A stretch of 64,000 nucleotides of DNA from Candidatus Multivorans sp. (GTDB lineage Bacteria > Acidobacteriota > Thermoanaerobaculia > Multivoradales > Multivoraceae). Made by a program: the position numbers and the translations under genes. Below are positions 1-11,164 of the stretch, piece by piece. The notes under the pieces were generated by a model that had not been told where the DNA came from, ran no database searches, and worked only from the letters and a program-made list of their open reading frames with translations. The first letter of the stretch is position 1. Every line of letters begins with the position of its first letter. The DNA is taken from NCBI GenBank assembly GCA_965224025.1, contig OZ245033.1, positions 4,704,001-4,768,000 on the forward strand. Direction: 5' to 3'.

Positions 1-396
1 GGCCTGTCCAAGTCTCTAGCCCTCGACATGCAGCGCTTCGAGGTGCGCTCGAACTGCATCGCGCCCTTCGCCTGGTCGCGGCTGATCGGGACGATTCCGA
101 CCGCGGACCCGGCCCAGGCCGCGCGGGTGGCGAAGATGCAGGCGATGACCCCGGCCCTGGTCGCGCCGCTTGCGGTCTATCTGTTGAGCGATGCGGCAAA
201 GGACGTGAGCGGTCAGATCTTCGCGGTGCGCAAGAACGAGATCTTCCTGATGAGCCAGCCGCGGCCGATCCGCTCGGTCCACAACGGAGCCGGCTGGACC
301 CCGGAGGCCATCGCCGAACACGGCATGCCGGCCCTGGCCGGGTCGTTCCACGACCTCGACCGGACGACCGACGTCTTCACCTGGGATCCGACGTAG
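1..396 (+). CDS. SDR-family oxidoreductase, C-terminal part (5' truncated by window)
   Basis: Frame open from base 1: GLSKSLALDMQRFEVRSNCIAPFAWSRL...VAPLAVYLLSDAAKDVSGQIF, a typical SDR C-terminus. Confidence 0.85.
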   Translation, partial: GLSKSLALDMQRFEVRSNCIAPFAWSRLIGTIPTADPAQAARVAKMQAMTPALVAPLAVYLLSDAAKDVSGQIFAVRKNEIFLMSQPRPIRSVHNGAGWTPEAIAEHGMPALAGSFHDLDRTTDVFTWDPT

Positions 397-496
397 GAGA
401 CTGCGCGGCAGAACAGCCGGAGGCCGGCGCTTCGCGCCGGATGCGGGCAGGATGCCCGCGTTCCCAGGTCAGATCGTTCTGCCGCGCAGTCTCCTA
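394..496. mobile_element. ~100-bp MITE-like element with perfect 21-bp terminal inverted repeats, carrying a REP-like hairpin
   Basis: TAGGAGACTGCGCGGCAGAAC (394-414) is the exact reverse complement of 476-496; interior contains GCGGGCAGGATGCCCGCGTTCCCAG. Confidence 0.7.
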
Positions 497-745
497 GCCT
501 AGCGGCGGCAACGGCCGCTGCTGCTACAACTGCCAGACCAGCAGCAACTGCACGGCGCTCTCGGTTTCTTCCGTGCCGAGCTGCTCTGCTCGCCGGCGGA
601 GAACAGGAACAACCCGTTCACGTCGAAGGCGTAGCTGCCATCCGTTTTCGGCGTGCCGCCGGCGCCGATGCCGCGGCGAAGGCGGCCAGGGCGGCGACGG
701 CGAGCCAGCGCCGACGTTCTCCGCTTCCGCCACGGCCGTCTGGCC

Positions 746-1927
<1,182 letters not shown>

Positions 1928-2017
1928 GGAGAAACTCCCTAAGCTCGTTTTGGTTGCTGTGTGTTCCGTTCGGTGGAGCCGAAAAAGACTAGTACCTACC
2001 GTCCGGTCGGTCGGCCC

Positions 2018-2867
2018 TTACTCGTTCAACCACGCGTTGAAGGACGGCTTGCGCTTGTCGCGGAAGGCGGCCACACCCTCGCGGGAGTCCGGGTGATGGT
2101 CGCCGATCGGCGTCCTGGCCGCGATGTCCTCGAGCGACTGCTCCCAGGTCTGGTCCGCGGCGTTGTACACGCTGCGCTTAAGCAGCCGCATCGCCACCTG
2201 CGGTCCGTTCGCGAGTTCGCGCCAGGTCCATGGCCCGCGGCATCAACTCGTCGGGCGCCACGACCTCGTGGACGAGCCCCAGGTCGAGCGCGTCCGCCGC
2301 GCCGACGATGCGGTTGCGCATCAGGAAATCGATCGTCTTCGGCAGCCCCATCATCTGCAGCAGCAGGTAGTGGCCGCCCTCGTCCGGCAGCAGGCCGAAA
2401 CGAAGCGTCCCGCTGCCCATGCGGGCCTCGGTCGAGGCGATGCGGAAGTCACAACTGAGCGCCAGCGAGAAGCCGGTCTGGACTGCCACGCCGTTCATCG
2501 CCGCGATCGTCAGCTTGTCCAGACCGCGGATCGCCGTGTTCACGGGCTGCGAGATCTTGCGCAGCCCGTTGATCGTGCCGAGCACGTTGTCGTGGCCGCG
2601 GTGGATGCCCGGCACGAGTTGCTCGCCGCGCGCGCCGCGATCCTTGCCGCTGATGTCGTCGCCGGCCGAGAATGCCCGACCGCTGCCAGTCAACAGCACA
2701 ACGCGCACCGAATCCTCCATCGCGGCCTGGGTGAGCGTCTCCAGCAGGTCGCGCTTCATCGGCGCGTTCATGCCGTTGAGCCGGTCCGGCCGGTTGAACG
2801 TGATGACGAGGATCCCCGGATCCTCCACCTCGACCTCGAAACCCTGGAACTCGCCCGTCTGGATCAT
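2018..2867 (-). CDS. Enoyl-CoA hydratase/isomerase family protein, frameshifted near 2215
   Basis: FSAGDD and crotonase-fold motifs; the alternate frame continues ELANGPQVAMRLLKRSVY...SREGVAAFRDKRKPSF to the stop at 2018. Confidence 0.85.
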
Positions 2868-3080
2868 CCCTGCCGCTCCCTTTCTGGTTGCTCGTTCTAC
2901 TCGTTTCTGCGATGAGGGCAGTCATTGTGGCACACGGAATTCGACGTCCTCCAACGCAGGAATCCTCAGGCTGATTCTCTTGTTCAACGTCACGGAGCGT
3001 GTGCTACCCTGCACCGGCCCCGGCCTCCTTAGCGCGTCGGGTACCCTTCAATCCACGCAGCAACAAGGAGAATCCAACTG

Positions 3081-3452
3081 ATGAAACACGTCATCGGCGT
3101 GCTTACTCTTGTCCTCGCCGGCGGCCTACTGCAGGCCTCGGCGTACGCATCCGGCTCCATCTCGGCCGGCAAGGGGATCAACCCGCGCGACGCCTACACG
3201 ATGGGCAAGGCGCTCACGTTCGAGAAGCTCGTCTGCCCATCCTGTCCGTTACAGAAGCGGGATCTGGACCGCGACCGCGCCATGAGCCTGAAGAACAGCC
3301 TCGAAGCCCGCGACGAGGCCGAGAAGCCGGGCACCGCGGATGACGAGAACATCGCCGCTCTCTGCCCCGGCGCCGGCGACGCCACGTGCGAAGGCAAGCC
3401 GGACGAGCAGGAACTCGTTCACTTCTACCTGACACGGCGCTACAAGCTGTAG
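3081..3452 (+). CDS. Small secreted hypothetical protein with CxxC
   Basis: Signal peptide, AAGGAG RBS, VCPSC motif plus two more Cys. Confidence 0.7.
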   Translation: MKHVIGVLTLVLAGGLLQASAYASGSISAGKGINPRDAYTMGKALTFEKLVCPSCPLQKRDLDRDRAMSLKNSLEARDEAEKPGTADDENIAALCPGAGDATCEGKPDEQELVHFYLTRRYKL

Positions 3453-3462
3453 GTCGGAGAAA

Positions 3463-4347
3463 ATGATGAACGCAAGGTCTCCAAGTTCTTCGCTCGCCGC
3501 GGCTGCTGCCGTCGTCGCTTTCGCCGCTCCCCCTCTCGCCGCCGAAGGGTCTCCTTGGCTTCCCGCGCCCGGCGCCGGGACCATCACCGTGTCCTACGTC
3601 TCCCAGGAAGCGACCGAATTCTACCGCGCGGCCCGGAAGGGACCGACTCCCGCCGGGGGCCACGAACTCGGGCAGCAGACCCTCTGGGTCACAGGGACCT
3701 ACGGCCTGTCGGATTCGTTGGCTCTGGACTTCCGCGTCGGAGGCGCCGAGAGTTCCTTCACGGCCGGGCCATCGGCGCCGCTTCCACCAAAGGAGAATCT
3801 GAGCGGCCTGCAGGACGTGAACGCCGGTCTCGTCTGGCGGTTCAAGGACGAAGTTGTGAGTTCGGGGCCCAGCGTCGCGCTGCGCGCCGCCGCGATCATC
3901 GGAGGGAGCTACAAGACCGGGTACATCAGTTCCCTGGGGGACGGCGGCGACGGGGGCGAAGTCTCCCTGCTGATCGGCAAGTACGTCGGCGAACGGGGCG
4001 CCCTGTCCGCCGAAGTCGGATATCGCTACCGCAGCGAGGGCATTCCGGCAGATACGTTCCTGAACCTCTCGGCGGGAGTCCTGGTCAGCGATCGGGTCGG
4101 TCTGAACGTCGGCTACCGGGTGGTCGACGCCGCGTCCTCGGGTCTCGACATCGGCGTTCCGCCCTTCTCGCCTGCCCGCTTCCCGGAACTCCAGGAGGAC
4201 ATCGATCTCTTCCTCGGCACGATCAGCATCGGCCTCACGGACACCACCAACCTGGGGTTCTCCTACGGGTCGGTCGTCGGCGGCCGCAACACCGCGGTGT
4301 CGGATTTCATCGGCGTCTCGCTCGGCTTCAACTTCGACACCTACTGA
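3463..4347 (+). CDS. Putative outer-membrane beta-barrel protein
   Basis: Signal peptide, alternating amphipathic strands, C-terminal VSLGFNFDTY. Confidence 0.65.
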   Translation: MMNARSPSSSLAAAAAVVAFAAPPLAAEGSPWLPAPGAGTITVSYVSQEATEFYRAARKGPTPAGGHELGQQTLWVTGTYGLSDSLALDFRVGGAESSFTAGPSAPLPPKENLSGLQDVNAGLVWRFKDEVVSSGPSVALRAAAIIGGSYKTGYISSLGDGGDGGEVSLLIGKYVGERGALSAEVGYRYRSEGIPADTFLNLSAGVLVSDRVGLNVGYRVVDAASSGLDIGVPPFSPARFPELQEDIDLFLGTISIGLTDTTNLGFSYGSVVGGRNTAVSDFIGVSLGFNFDTY

Positions 4348-4363
4348 TCGGGGGCGCAAGCTC

Positions 4364-5185
4364 CTACGGCGCGTTCAGGCTCCAGTCGTACTCGTAGTCG
4401 ATCGAGCCCTCGAAACCCTCGAGGCGCGCGGCGAGTTCCTCGTCCGCGTACTCGAGGAGGTGGGCGACCACCGACTCTTCGGTGTTGCCGAAGTCCTCGG
4501 CGTACCAGTCGTAGATGCTCGAGATGACGATAAAGTCGTCGTCCACGAAGTCGACCCCGCGCGCGTTGTTCACATAGTCGCGCGCACCCTGCTCCAGCAG
4601 CGCCTCCGTGTTGGCCGCGGTGAAGGCCGCCGCCAGCAGGTGGGGACAGCCGTACGCGGCGCAGTTCGCCGCGTAGTGGATCCGCTTGTCCCGCCAGAGG
4701 GGCCGCAGGATGCCGTGCTCGATGTCGTCAAGGGTCAGATCCCGGCCGTTCACATTGGCGTGCACGTCCCCCCAGGGACCCGTGTTGGGGATCACGCCCT
4801 CGTGGATGTCCCTGATCGTGTCGACCGGGTACTCCGACAACACGACCTGGACCGTCGTCGCGTTGTACAGATTGATCCAGTAAGCCATCTGCTCCGCGCG
4901 TGAGTAGGCGCTTGGGTCGAGTCCCCGCAGGTACTCGAGGTAGCCGGTCAGCTTCGCCTCGTCGTCGGCGCTCGCCGCGATCGCCGCGTAGTCGAAGAGG
5001 TTGACGCCTGAGTCGTCGGCGCCGACGTAGCCGTCGAGTATCTCCTGCCAGGCACCGTGATCGATCGTCGCGGCACTCGTCTCGTCGCTGACGTCCCATC
5101 CCGCGATCTCTTTCGGTTCCGGGGCGCCGCAAGACAGCGCGATTGCCATCGCGCCGGCGAGGCCGATCAACTTGCTATTCGTCAT
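4364..5185 (-). CDS. DUF547 domain lipoprotein
   Basis: Lipobox ALSC; AYWINLYNA, TLDDIEHGILR, RIHYAANCAAYGCP and YDWSLN motifs. Confidence 0.9.
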   Translation of the reverse strand: MTNSKLIGLAGAMAIALSCGAPEPKEIAGWDVSDETSAATIDHGAWQEILDGYVGADDSGVNLFDYAAIAASADDEAKLTGYLEYLRGLDPSAYSRAEQMAYWINLYNATTVQVVLSEYPVDTIRDIHEGVIPNTGPWGDVHANVNGRDLTLDDIEHGILRPLWRDKRIHYAANCAAYGCPHLLAAAFTAANTEALLEQGARDYVNNARGVDFVDDDFIVISSIYDWYAEDFGNTEESVVAHLLEYADEELAARLEGFEGSIDYEYDWSLNAP

Positions 5186-6507
5186 TGCTCTTCCTTTCGG
5201 ATCCCGTTACGGCGGCGCACCGCAACGTCAACCGCGAGCGCCATGAGGATCAGTCCGAATTGCAGCCCCCGAGCCCATCCCGGCTGTTCATAGGGTTGCA
5301 ACGTGTAGTCGGGCAGGTTCAGCCCGGTGATGTAGCCGAGCAGGACCGCCATCGACGCCGTCCATGCCCAGAAGCTCGGAAAGACTACCGCGAAGGGCAG
5401 CAGCCAAAGCAGATACCAGGGATTGATCACCGGCGACAGGGCAAGCAAGACGCCGAACAGCCAGTCGCCGCGGGGAACTCCCCGGCTACTGCCGCGGGCG
5501 TAGCGAAGGCAGTACCAGCACCAGAAGGCAGCGAAACCCACGCCCAGCAGGATCCGCGCCTCGAACGGCGCCACGACCGTCTTCAGCAGCCCGAACACCG
5601 CCGAGTTGAACTCCCAGTCCCGCGCAAAGACCTGAAGCGACAGCAGATCGGTGCCCCCCAGGACGACGAAGGGCAGGTAGACCGCCGCCGCCGTGGCGGC
5701 GAAAAGCAGCCAGTGCTTCAGCCGGGCCCGAACCAGGATGAGCGGCGCCAGCACCAAGGCGAACGTCTTCGCGGCCACGGCCAGTCCGAGCAGGCCGGCG
5801 GCAGACCACCAGCGCCAGTCACGGGCAAGGACTACCGCGGCCAGCAGCAGGCAGACGCCGACACCGTCCGGATGCGCGGTGAAGGCGATCTCCTTGACCA
5901 CCAGGGGGCACCAGGCGTAGAGCAGAACATTGCGCGCCGGCGCCAGCCGCAACAGCAACAGAACCGTGGCGAGATCGACCGCGATCAGGATCGCCTGCAG
6001 CACGGCAACGCTCGCCGGCTTGATCCAGTACGCGACCAGGAAGACGACCTGGGTGACCGGCGCGTAGATGGTCGGCAACTCCGGGTAGTTCACGCCGTCC
6101 AGGACTCCCTGGAAGAGCGCCGGCACCGCCGGATCGACGAAGAACTCCTCCGGCGCGGCTCCGTAGGGCGTGCCGGCCACGGCAAACCGATAGCCGTCCC
6201 AGAGATAGCGGTAGAAGTCGTCCTCGTAGAACGGGCCGCCGATCAATCCGCAGAGGCGGAAGGCGACCGCCCAGAACAGCAGTCGGCCGACCGGGAACGG
6301 CTCCCCCGTCTTTCGGAAGTGGAAGAAGAGACCGAAGACCGGCAAGCCGGTCCACGCAACGAGCAGGAAGAACGCCCCAAGCTCGGGCTCACCGGGCTGT
6401 CGCGCGAGCACCGCCAGGGCCGCGTAGCCGAGAACGCACCACAGACCCACCCCATCCGTGTACCGGAGCGACCTGCGCGAGGGCCGCTCGACTCCAGGAT
6501 CAGCCAA
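5182..6507 (-). CDS. Polytopic GT-C (GT87-like) membrane glycosyltransferase
   Basis: EDDFYRYLWDG, PTIYAP, YAWCPL..E...HPD and SPVINPWY motifs; many TM segments. Confidence 0.8.
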   Translation of the reverse strand: MADPGVERPSRRSLRYTDGVGLWCVLGYAALAVLARQPGEPELGAFFLLVAWTGLPVFGLFFHFRKTGEPFPVGRLLFWAVAFRLCGLIGGPFYEDDFYRYLWDGYRFAVAGTPYGAAPEEFFVDPAVPALFQGVLDGVNYPELPTIYAPVTQVVFLVAYWIKPASVAVLQAILIAVDLATVLLLLRLAPARNVLLYAWCPLVVKEIAFTAHPDGVGVCLLLAAVVLARDWRWWSAAGLLGLAVAAKTFALVLAPLILVRARLKHWLLFAATAAAVYLPFVVLGGTDLLSLQVFARDWEFNSAVFGLLKTVVAPFEARILLGVGFAAFWCWYCLRYARGSSRGVPRGDWLFGVLLALSPVINPWYLLWLLPFAVVFPSFWAWTASMAVLLGYITGLNLPDYTLQPYEQPGWARGLQFGLILMALAVDVAVRRRNGIRKEEQ

Positions 6508-6772
6508 CCCACTCCGTCCAGCCGGACCCGCGGTGACCGAAGTCGAAGACCTCCGGGTGCCCGAGCGCCGCGGCGATCGAGCGCACCTGGTCGTCGATGG
6601 CCCGGCTCGAGCCGTCGACGTCGACCTTCGACGACGAGCACACCGGCAAACTCTCCACCGACGGCGGGAAGTCGCATTCGTGCGATCGGCCCACCATGCA
6701 GTCCTCGAAGCCGAGAGCGCAGACGATCTCCGTCGCGCTCGCGATCAGCGACACGATCCGCCGTTCGGTCAT
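6500..6772 (-). pseudogene. BtuF-like cobalamin/iron-siderophore-binding protein, internally deleted
   Basis: N-terminus RIVSLIASATEIVCALG...GRSHECDFP joins directly to C-terminus-like HPEVFDFGHRGSGW; only 90 aa. Confidence 0.65.
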
Positions 6773-6783
6773 CGGAAGGGAGG

Positions 6784-9063
6784 CTACCGTCTTCCGAGCA
6801 GCAGAACCGCCGCCGCCGGCAGCACCGTCACCGACGCCAGCAGGCACGCCGGCAGCCCAATCAGCATGACCGCCGCCATCGTCTCCAGGCCCGGGTGGTC
6901 GGTGAACAGCAGGATCGAGAAACTGGCCGTCGTGGTCAGCGTCGTCATCGCGATCGCCCGCCCCACCGACAGGGCGGCCACGCGAATGGGCTGAGCCGGA
7001 TCGTCCAGGAATCTGTGGACGACGTGGATGCCGTCGTCGATGCCGAGCCCGAAGATCAGGGGCAGCACGAGCCAGCTCATCACGTTGAACGGAATGCCGA
7101 TCCAGCACAGCACGCCCAATGTGAAGGGCACGGCGGTCAGCACCGGCAACAGCGCCAACAGGACCGAGACGGGACGCTGGAAATCGACGCACAGAACGAG
7201 TAGAACGAAGCCCAGGATCGACGCCGCGATCCACGGGATCCAGGGCCGGTCGCCGGTCATCATCCCTTCGACCACCGACAGAAGACCGCTGGCGCCGGGG
7301 TCGATCGCCTGGACCGCCAGGCGCTGCCGCCGGGCCAGATCGCCGTCGGCCTTCGAATCCACGGGATACGCGTGGACCAGGAACTCGCCGGTCGGTGCGA
7401 TGAACTTTTCCCGCAGGCCGGCCGGCAGGGAGTCGATGTCGGGAGGGCCGGCGGCCGCGGCGCGACGAAGCGCTTCGACCGCCAACCCGAGCGGGCCGCT
7501 CACCGCCGGCCTGCTCATGTCCTGGGGGCCGAGCACCCGCTCCAGGACGACGGCGCGCTCCGCGAGATCGGCCGGCAGGATGGTGCCGAGGCTCACCGTC
7601 TCGCTGAACAGCGGATGACCGTCCAGCCGGCCAGCGAACTCCCGAGCCCGCTCGAGACTCTCCGCCGCCAGGATCCAGGGGGCGCCGTTCGTACCCAGTA
7701 CCTCCTGAATCCGGTCGACCGTGGCGATGGCCGGCACACCGCGATTCATGAGCCGCTCCAGCCGCGTCTCGACCTGGAGCCGGGGTAGCCCCGCAAGTGT
7801 CACCGTCAGTACCGCGGCGCTCACCACCAGGCAGCGCACCGGCCGCTGTGTCGCCCACCGCACCAGGAACGCAAGGCCCGGCACCCGAACCGGCGCGGTG
7901 CGCCGAGCCGGCACTGCAGCCGCCGGTGAGCCGCGGCCTCCATGCCTCCGCTCCCTCAGCACCCAAACCGACGGCAGGATCAGCAGCGTCAGCGGCAGGC
8001 AGAAGAGCAGCCCCAGGCCGCCGGACAGGCCGAGGTGCAGGGCAACCGGGTCCGGGGCCGCGGCGGCGACAAGAAAGGCGCCCGCCGTCGTGATGCAACC
8101 GGCCACCACGCCGCGACCGGCGCCCGTCGCCGTCCGGCGCAGCGCCTCCTCGAAGGGAAGCCCGTTGGCCAGCTCTTCGCGCTGACGCACGAACAGGTGG
8201 ACGGCGAAGTCGATGCCCAGACCGAACACCGTGACCCCGAAGAACGTCTCCATGATCGTCAGCTTGCCGGTCAGGAGACCCACCGCGCCCAGCGCCGCGC
8301 CGATCGACAGCACGAGCACCGCCGCCACGGACACCAGGCCGCCCGGCCGCTTCTCGACGATCTGGAACAACAGCAGCACAAGCGCCAGACTGATCGGCGT
8401 GAGGCGCTTGATCGCCCCGAGCGTCTGCTCCTGGTCGCCAGCCGACACCGCCGGCAGTCCCGAGAAGCCCACCGTGACCCCTGAACCGGCAAGCGCGCGC
8501 TCGACCGCGGCTTCGAGTTCGAAGAAGGCGCTCCGACCGACCTCTTCCTCCAGCGGATCGAGCGCCATCTTGATTTCGACCAGCCGGGCGCCGGGAACAC
8601 CGCCGACGGCGCCGCGAAGCGCGACCGCGGACGCCGCGAACTCGGCCGCGTTCGCGACATCGCCCGGGCGTTCCGCGACCCCTGTCCAACGATCGAACAG
8701 GGAGCGCTCGACCAGCCACGGCGCCTGCTCCTGGAGCCACTCAAGCGGCAGGGGGCGGCGGGCCGCGGCGACCGAAGGAAGCGCCGATGCGGCCCGAATC
8801 GTGCGCTCGACCGCGTCGTCGAGCGACTCCTCTTCGCCTTCGAGCAGCACCAGGAGCAACCCGCCGAGTTCGTAGCGCTCGGATATCTCGAAGTAGCGGC
8901 CGATGTGCTCGTTGGCGCGGTTCATCACCCCAGTAAAGGTGAGATCGATCCGCGTCGCCGGCAGCAGCGCCGCCAGCGCGAGCGCCGGCACGACCGCCCA
9001 CGCGATCGCGCTCCGCGGCGAGCGGATCGTCCAGCGCGCGACCGCGTCGAGCAACTTCGTCAT
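6784..9063 (-). CDS. MMPL/RND-family transporter
   Basis: Two repeats with GLGIDFAVH and GLGIDDGIH motifs; 759 aa. Confidence 0.9.
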   Translation of the reverse strand: MTKLLDAVARWTIRSPRSAIAWAVVPALALAALLPATRIDLTFTGVMNRANEHIGRYFEISERYELGGLLLVLLEGEEESLDDAVERTIRAASALPSVAAARRPLPLEWLQEQAPWLVERSLFDRWTGVAERPGDVANAAEFAASAVALRGAVGGVPGARLVEIKMALDPLEEEVGRSAFFELEAAVERALAGSGVTVGFSGLPAVSAGDQEQTLGAIKRLTPISLALVLLLFQIVEKRPGGLVSVAAVLVLSIGAALGAVGLLTGKLTIMETFFGVTVFGLGIDFAVHLFVRQREELANGLPFEEALRRTATGAGRGVVAGCITTAGAFLVAAAAPDPVALHLGLSGGLGLLFCLPLTLLILPSVWVLRERRHGGRGSPAAAVPARRTAPVRVPGLAFLVRWATQRPVRCLVVSAAVLTVTLAGLPRLQVETRLERLMNRGVPAIATVDRIQEVLGTNGAPWILAAESLERAREFAGRLDGHPLFSETVSLGTILPADLAERAVVLERVLGPQDMSRPAVSGPLGLAVEALRRAAAAGPPDIDSLPAGLREKFIAPTGEFLVHAYPVDSKADGDLARRQRLAVQAIDPGASGLLSVVEGMMTGDRPWIPWIAASILGFVLLVLCVDFQRPVSVLLALLPVLTAVPFTLGVLCWIGIPFNVMSWLVLPLIFGLGIDDGIHVVHRFLDDPAQPIRVAALSVGRAIAMTTLTTTASFSILLFTDHPGLETMAAVMLIGLPACLLASVTVLPAAAVLLLGRR

Positions 9064-9114
9064 CGTCCCGCCGCCAAGCCCCTCCGAAGCTGGTTCCCGC
9101 CGACGCGCCCCTTC

Positions 9115-9170
9115 GGACCTGGGAACGCGGGCATCCTTGCCCGCATCCGGCGCAAAGCGCCGGATTCCGG
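9115..9170 (-). repeat. REP-like double hairpin, same family as 417-470
   Basis: Reverse complement CCGGCGCTTTGCGCCGGATGCGGGCAAGGATGCCCGCGTTCCCAGGTC is nearly identical to 424-470. Confidence 0.8.
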
Positions 9171-9267
9171 AATCACCCTGCCCGGTCCGCTGCGCTGCCG
9201 AGCGACGACACGTCGCCGATTGCTACAGTGCGCCGGTTCGCCAACGCCCGCAAGACGAGGAGAAGAG

Positions 9268-10110
9268 ATGAAGTTCGGCATCATGTTCGCCAACACTGGC
9301 CCATTCGTCGACGGTCTACGAGCCGTGGCTCTGGCTCAGGCCGCCGAAGCCGCCGGCTTCGACTCGCTATGGACCGTGGAGCACGTCGTCGTCCCGCGCG
9401 GCTACGCCTCCCCCTATCCCTATGACGACAGCGGCAAGATGCCTGGTGGACGCGAGGATTTCGACATCCCCGACCCGCTGATCTGGCTATCCTACGTGGC
9501 TGCGGCGACCAAGAGCATCAAGCTCGCCACCGGCATCCTGATCGTCCCGCAGCGCAGTCCCCTGGTCACGGCCAAGGCCGTCGCCACGCTCGACCAGCTC
9601 TCGGGGGGACGCGCCATCCTGGGAGTCGGCGTCGGCTGGCTGGAGGAGGAATTCAACGCCCTCGGCGTGCCCTTCGCCGGCCGCGGACGGCGCCTCGACG
9701 ACTACCTCCGCGCCTTCCGGGCGCTGTGGAGCGAGGACTGCCCCAGCCACGACGGTGAGTTCGTGTCCTTCTCCGACTGCTACTGCCGGCCGCAGCCGGT
9801 CAATGGCTCCGTACCGATCGTGATCGGCGGCCACTCCGAGCGCGCGGCACGCCGCGCCGGCGAACTGGGCGACGGCTTCTTCCCCGCCATCACCGACGTC
9901 GACAAGCTGAAGCACCTGTTCCGCATCATGCGCGAGACCGCCGAGGCCGCGGGCCGCGATCCCGACGCGATCGAGATCACGGCCACCGGTGGACCGCCGG
10001 ACCAGATCGCCCGGATGGCCGAACTCGGCGCCTCGCGCGTCTTCGTACCGCCGATGCCGCCCGACCGCCTCGCCCAGTTCGGCGAAGACGTCATCTCGAA
10101 GTTCAGTTGA
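9268..10110 (+). CDS. LLM-class (F420-dependent-type) oxidoreductase
   Basis: AEAAGFDSLWTVEHVV, DPLIWLSYVAA, LDQLSGGR..LGVGVGW..EEF; GAGGAG RBS. Confidence 0.9.
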   Translation: MKFGIMFANTGPFVDGLRAVALAQAAEAAGFDSLWTVEHVVVPRGYASPYPYDDSGKMPGGREDFDIPDPLIWLSYVAAATKSIKLATGILIVPQRSPLVTAKAVATLDQLSGGRAILGVGVGWLEEEFNALGVPFAGRGRRLDDYLRAFRALWSEDCPSHDGEFVSFSDCYCRPQPVNGSVPIVIGGHSERAARRAGELGDGFFPAITDVDKLKHLFRIMRETAEAAGRDPDAIEITATGGPPDQIARMAELGASRVFVPPMPPDRLAQFGEDVISKFS

Positions 10111-10200
10111 GCACCACTGCGTGCTCCGGCGTCCCCGCCGGCCGCCCGCAATGATGCGCCATCGTATGAGTAGAGAGTCTCGCCGCCCGACGCCGTATCT

Positions 10201-10229
10201 CTGGGTGCGCGGGTCTTCTGACCCGCATC
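10201..10229 (-). repeat. Divergent REP-like hairpin copy
   Basis: CTGGGTGCGCGGGTCTTCTGACCCGCATC matches CTGGGAACGCGGGCATCCTTGCCCGCATC at 9119-9147, with the stem preserved. Confidence 0.6.
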
Positions 10230-10276
10230 AAGCCAAGCCGCGAAGCGGCGAGGCTATGCGGTGGTAGCTTTTGCCA

Positions 10277-11164
10277 ATGATCTACCTTCGCCGTTTCACC
10301 CCGCTCGCACTCGCCCTCGCCCTGCTCCTAGCAGCCGCCATCCCCACCCTCGCCTCCGAACACGAAGCCGACGACCCCGTCCGCGTCCTCTTCGTCAGCA
10401 AGTCCTCCGGCTTCCAGCACTCGGCGATCACGCGACAGGAAGCCCGCCCCAGCCACGTCGACACCGTCCTCGCCCAGATCGGGGCAGACCGCGGCTTCAC
10501 CGTCACGTCGACCAAGGACGCCGGCATGATCAACGCCACCCAGCTCGCCTCGTTCGACGTCGTCATCTTCTACACCACCGGCGACCTGACCCAGCGCGGC
10601 GGCACCGGCGAGGGTTTCTTCCGCGGCGACGGCAATCCCCCCATGAGCGCCGACGGCGTCTCCGACCTGATCCAGTGGATCGAAGCGGGCGGCGGCTTCA
10701 TCGGCTTCCACCCCGCGACCGACACCTTCCACGGCGAGAACGCCGAGGTCACCCCCTACATCGGCATGATCGGAGGCGAGTTCCTCCACCACGGCGCCCA
10801 GTTCGAAGGCATCGTCCGCGTCGCCGACGCCGGCCACCCGACGATGGCCAACGTCGAAGACGGCTGGAAGATCATGGACGAGTGGTACCTGTACAAGAAC
10901 GTCGCCAAGGACGAACTGCACGTCCTAGCCCTGATGGACCCGGGCGAAGAACGGTCCAGGCAGGAGGTCTACGACATCGCCCCTTACCCCATCGTCTGGT
11001 GCCGCGAACTCGGCTCCGGCCGCGTCTTCCACAACGCGATGGGCCACCGCGAAGACGTCTGGTCCCACGAGATGTTCCAGACCTGGGTCGGCGACACGAT
11101 CGAGTGGGCGGCAGGCGAAGGCGAAGCCGAGGCCGCGCCGAACTGGGGTGACGTGGTGCCCTAG
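10277..11164 (+). CDS. ThuA-like domain secreted protein
   Basis: Signal peptide; GFQHS, GGGFIGFHPATDT, DEWY and GRVFHNAMGH motifs. Confidence 0.9.
   Translation: MIYLRRFTPLALALALLLAAAIPTLASEHEADDPVRVLFVSKSSGFQHSAITRQEARPSHVDTVLAQIGADRGFTVTSTKDAGMINATQLASFDVVIFYTTGDLTQRGGTGEGFFRGDGNPPMSADGVSDLIQWIEAGGGFIGFHPATDTFHGENAEVTPYIGMIGGEFLHHGAQFEGIVRVADAGHPTMANVEDGWKIMDEWYLYKNVAKDELHVLALMDPGEERSRQEVYDIAPYPIVWCRELGSGRVFHNAMGHREDVWSHEMFQTWVGDTIEWAAGEGEAEAAPNWGDVVP

Noticed and set aside
524-733. Small ORF ending AVQLLLVWQL downstream of the thiolase
   Set aside because: May be a gene remnant, but no family is recognisable and the N-terminal half is low complexity.
6500-8740. 746-aa ORF and other long Arg/Pro/Gly-rich or antisense ORFs (e.g. 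5143-7203, 15772-17700, 43724-45697, 53573-55558)
   Set aside because: Shadow frames typical of high-GC DNA overlapping well-supported genes.
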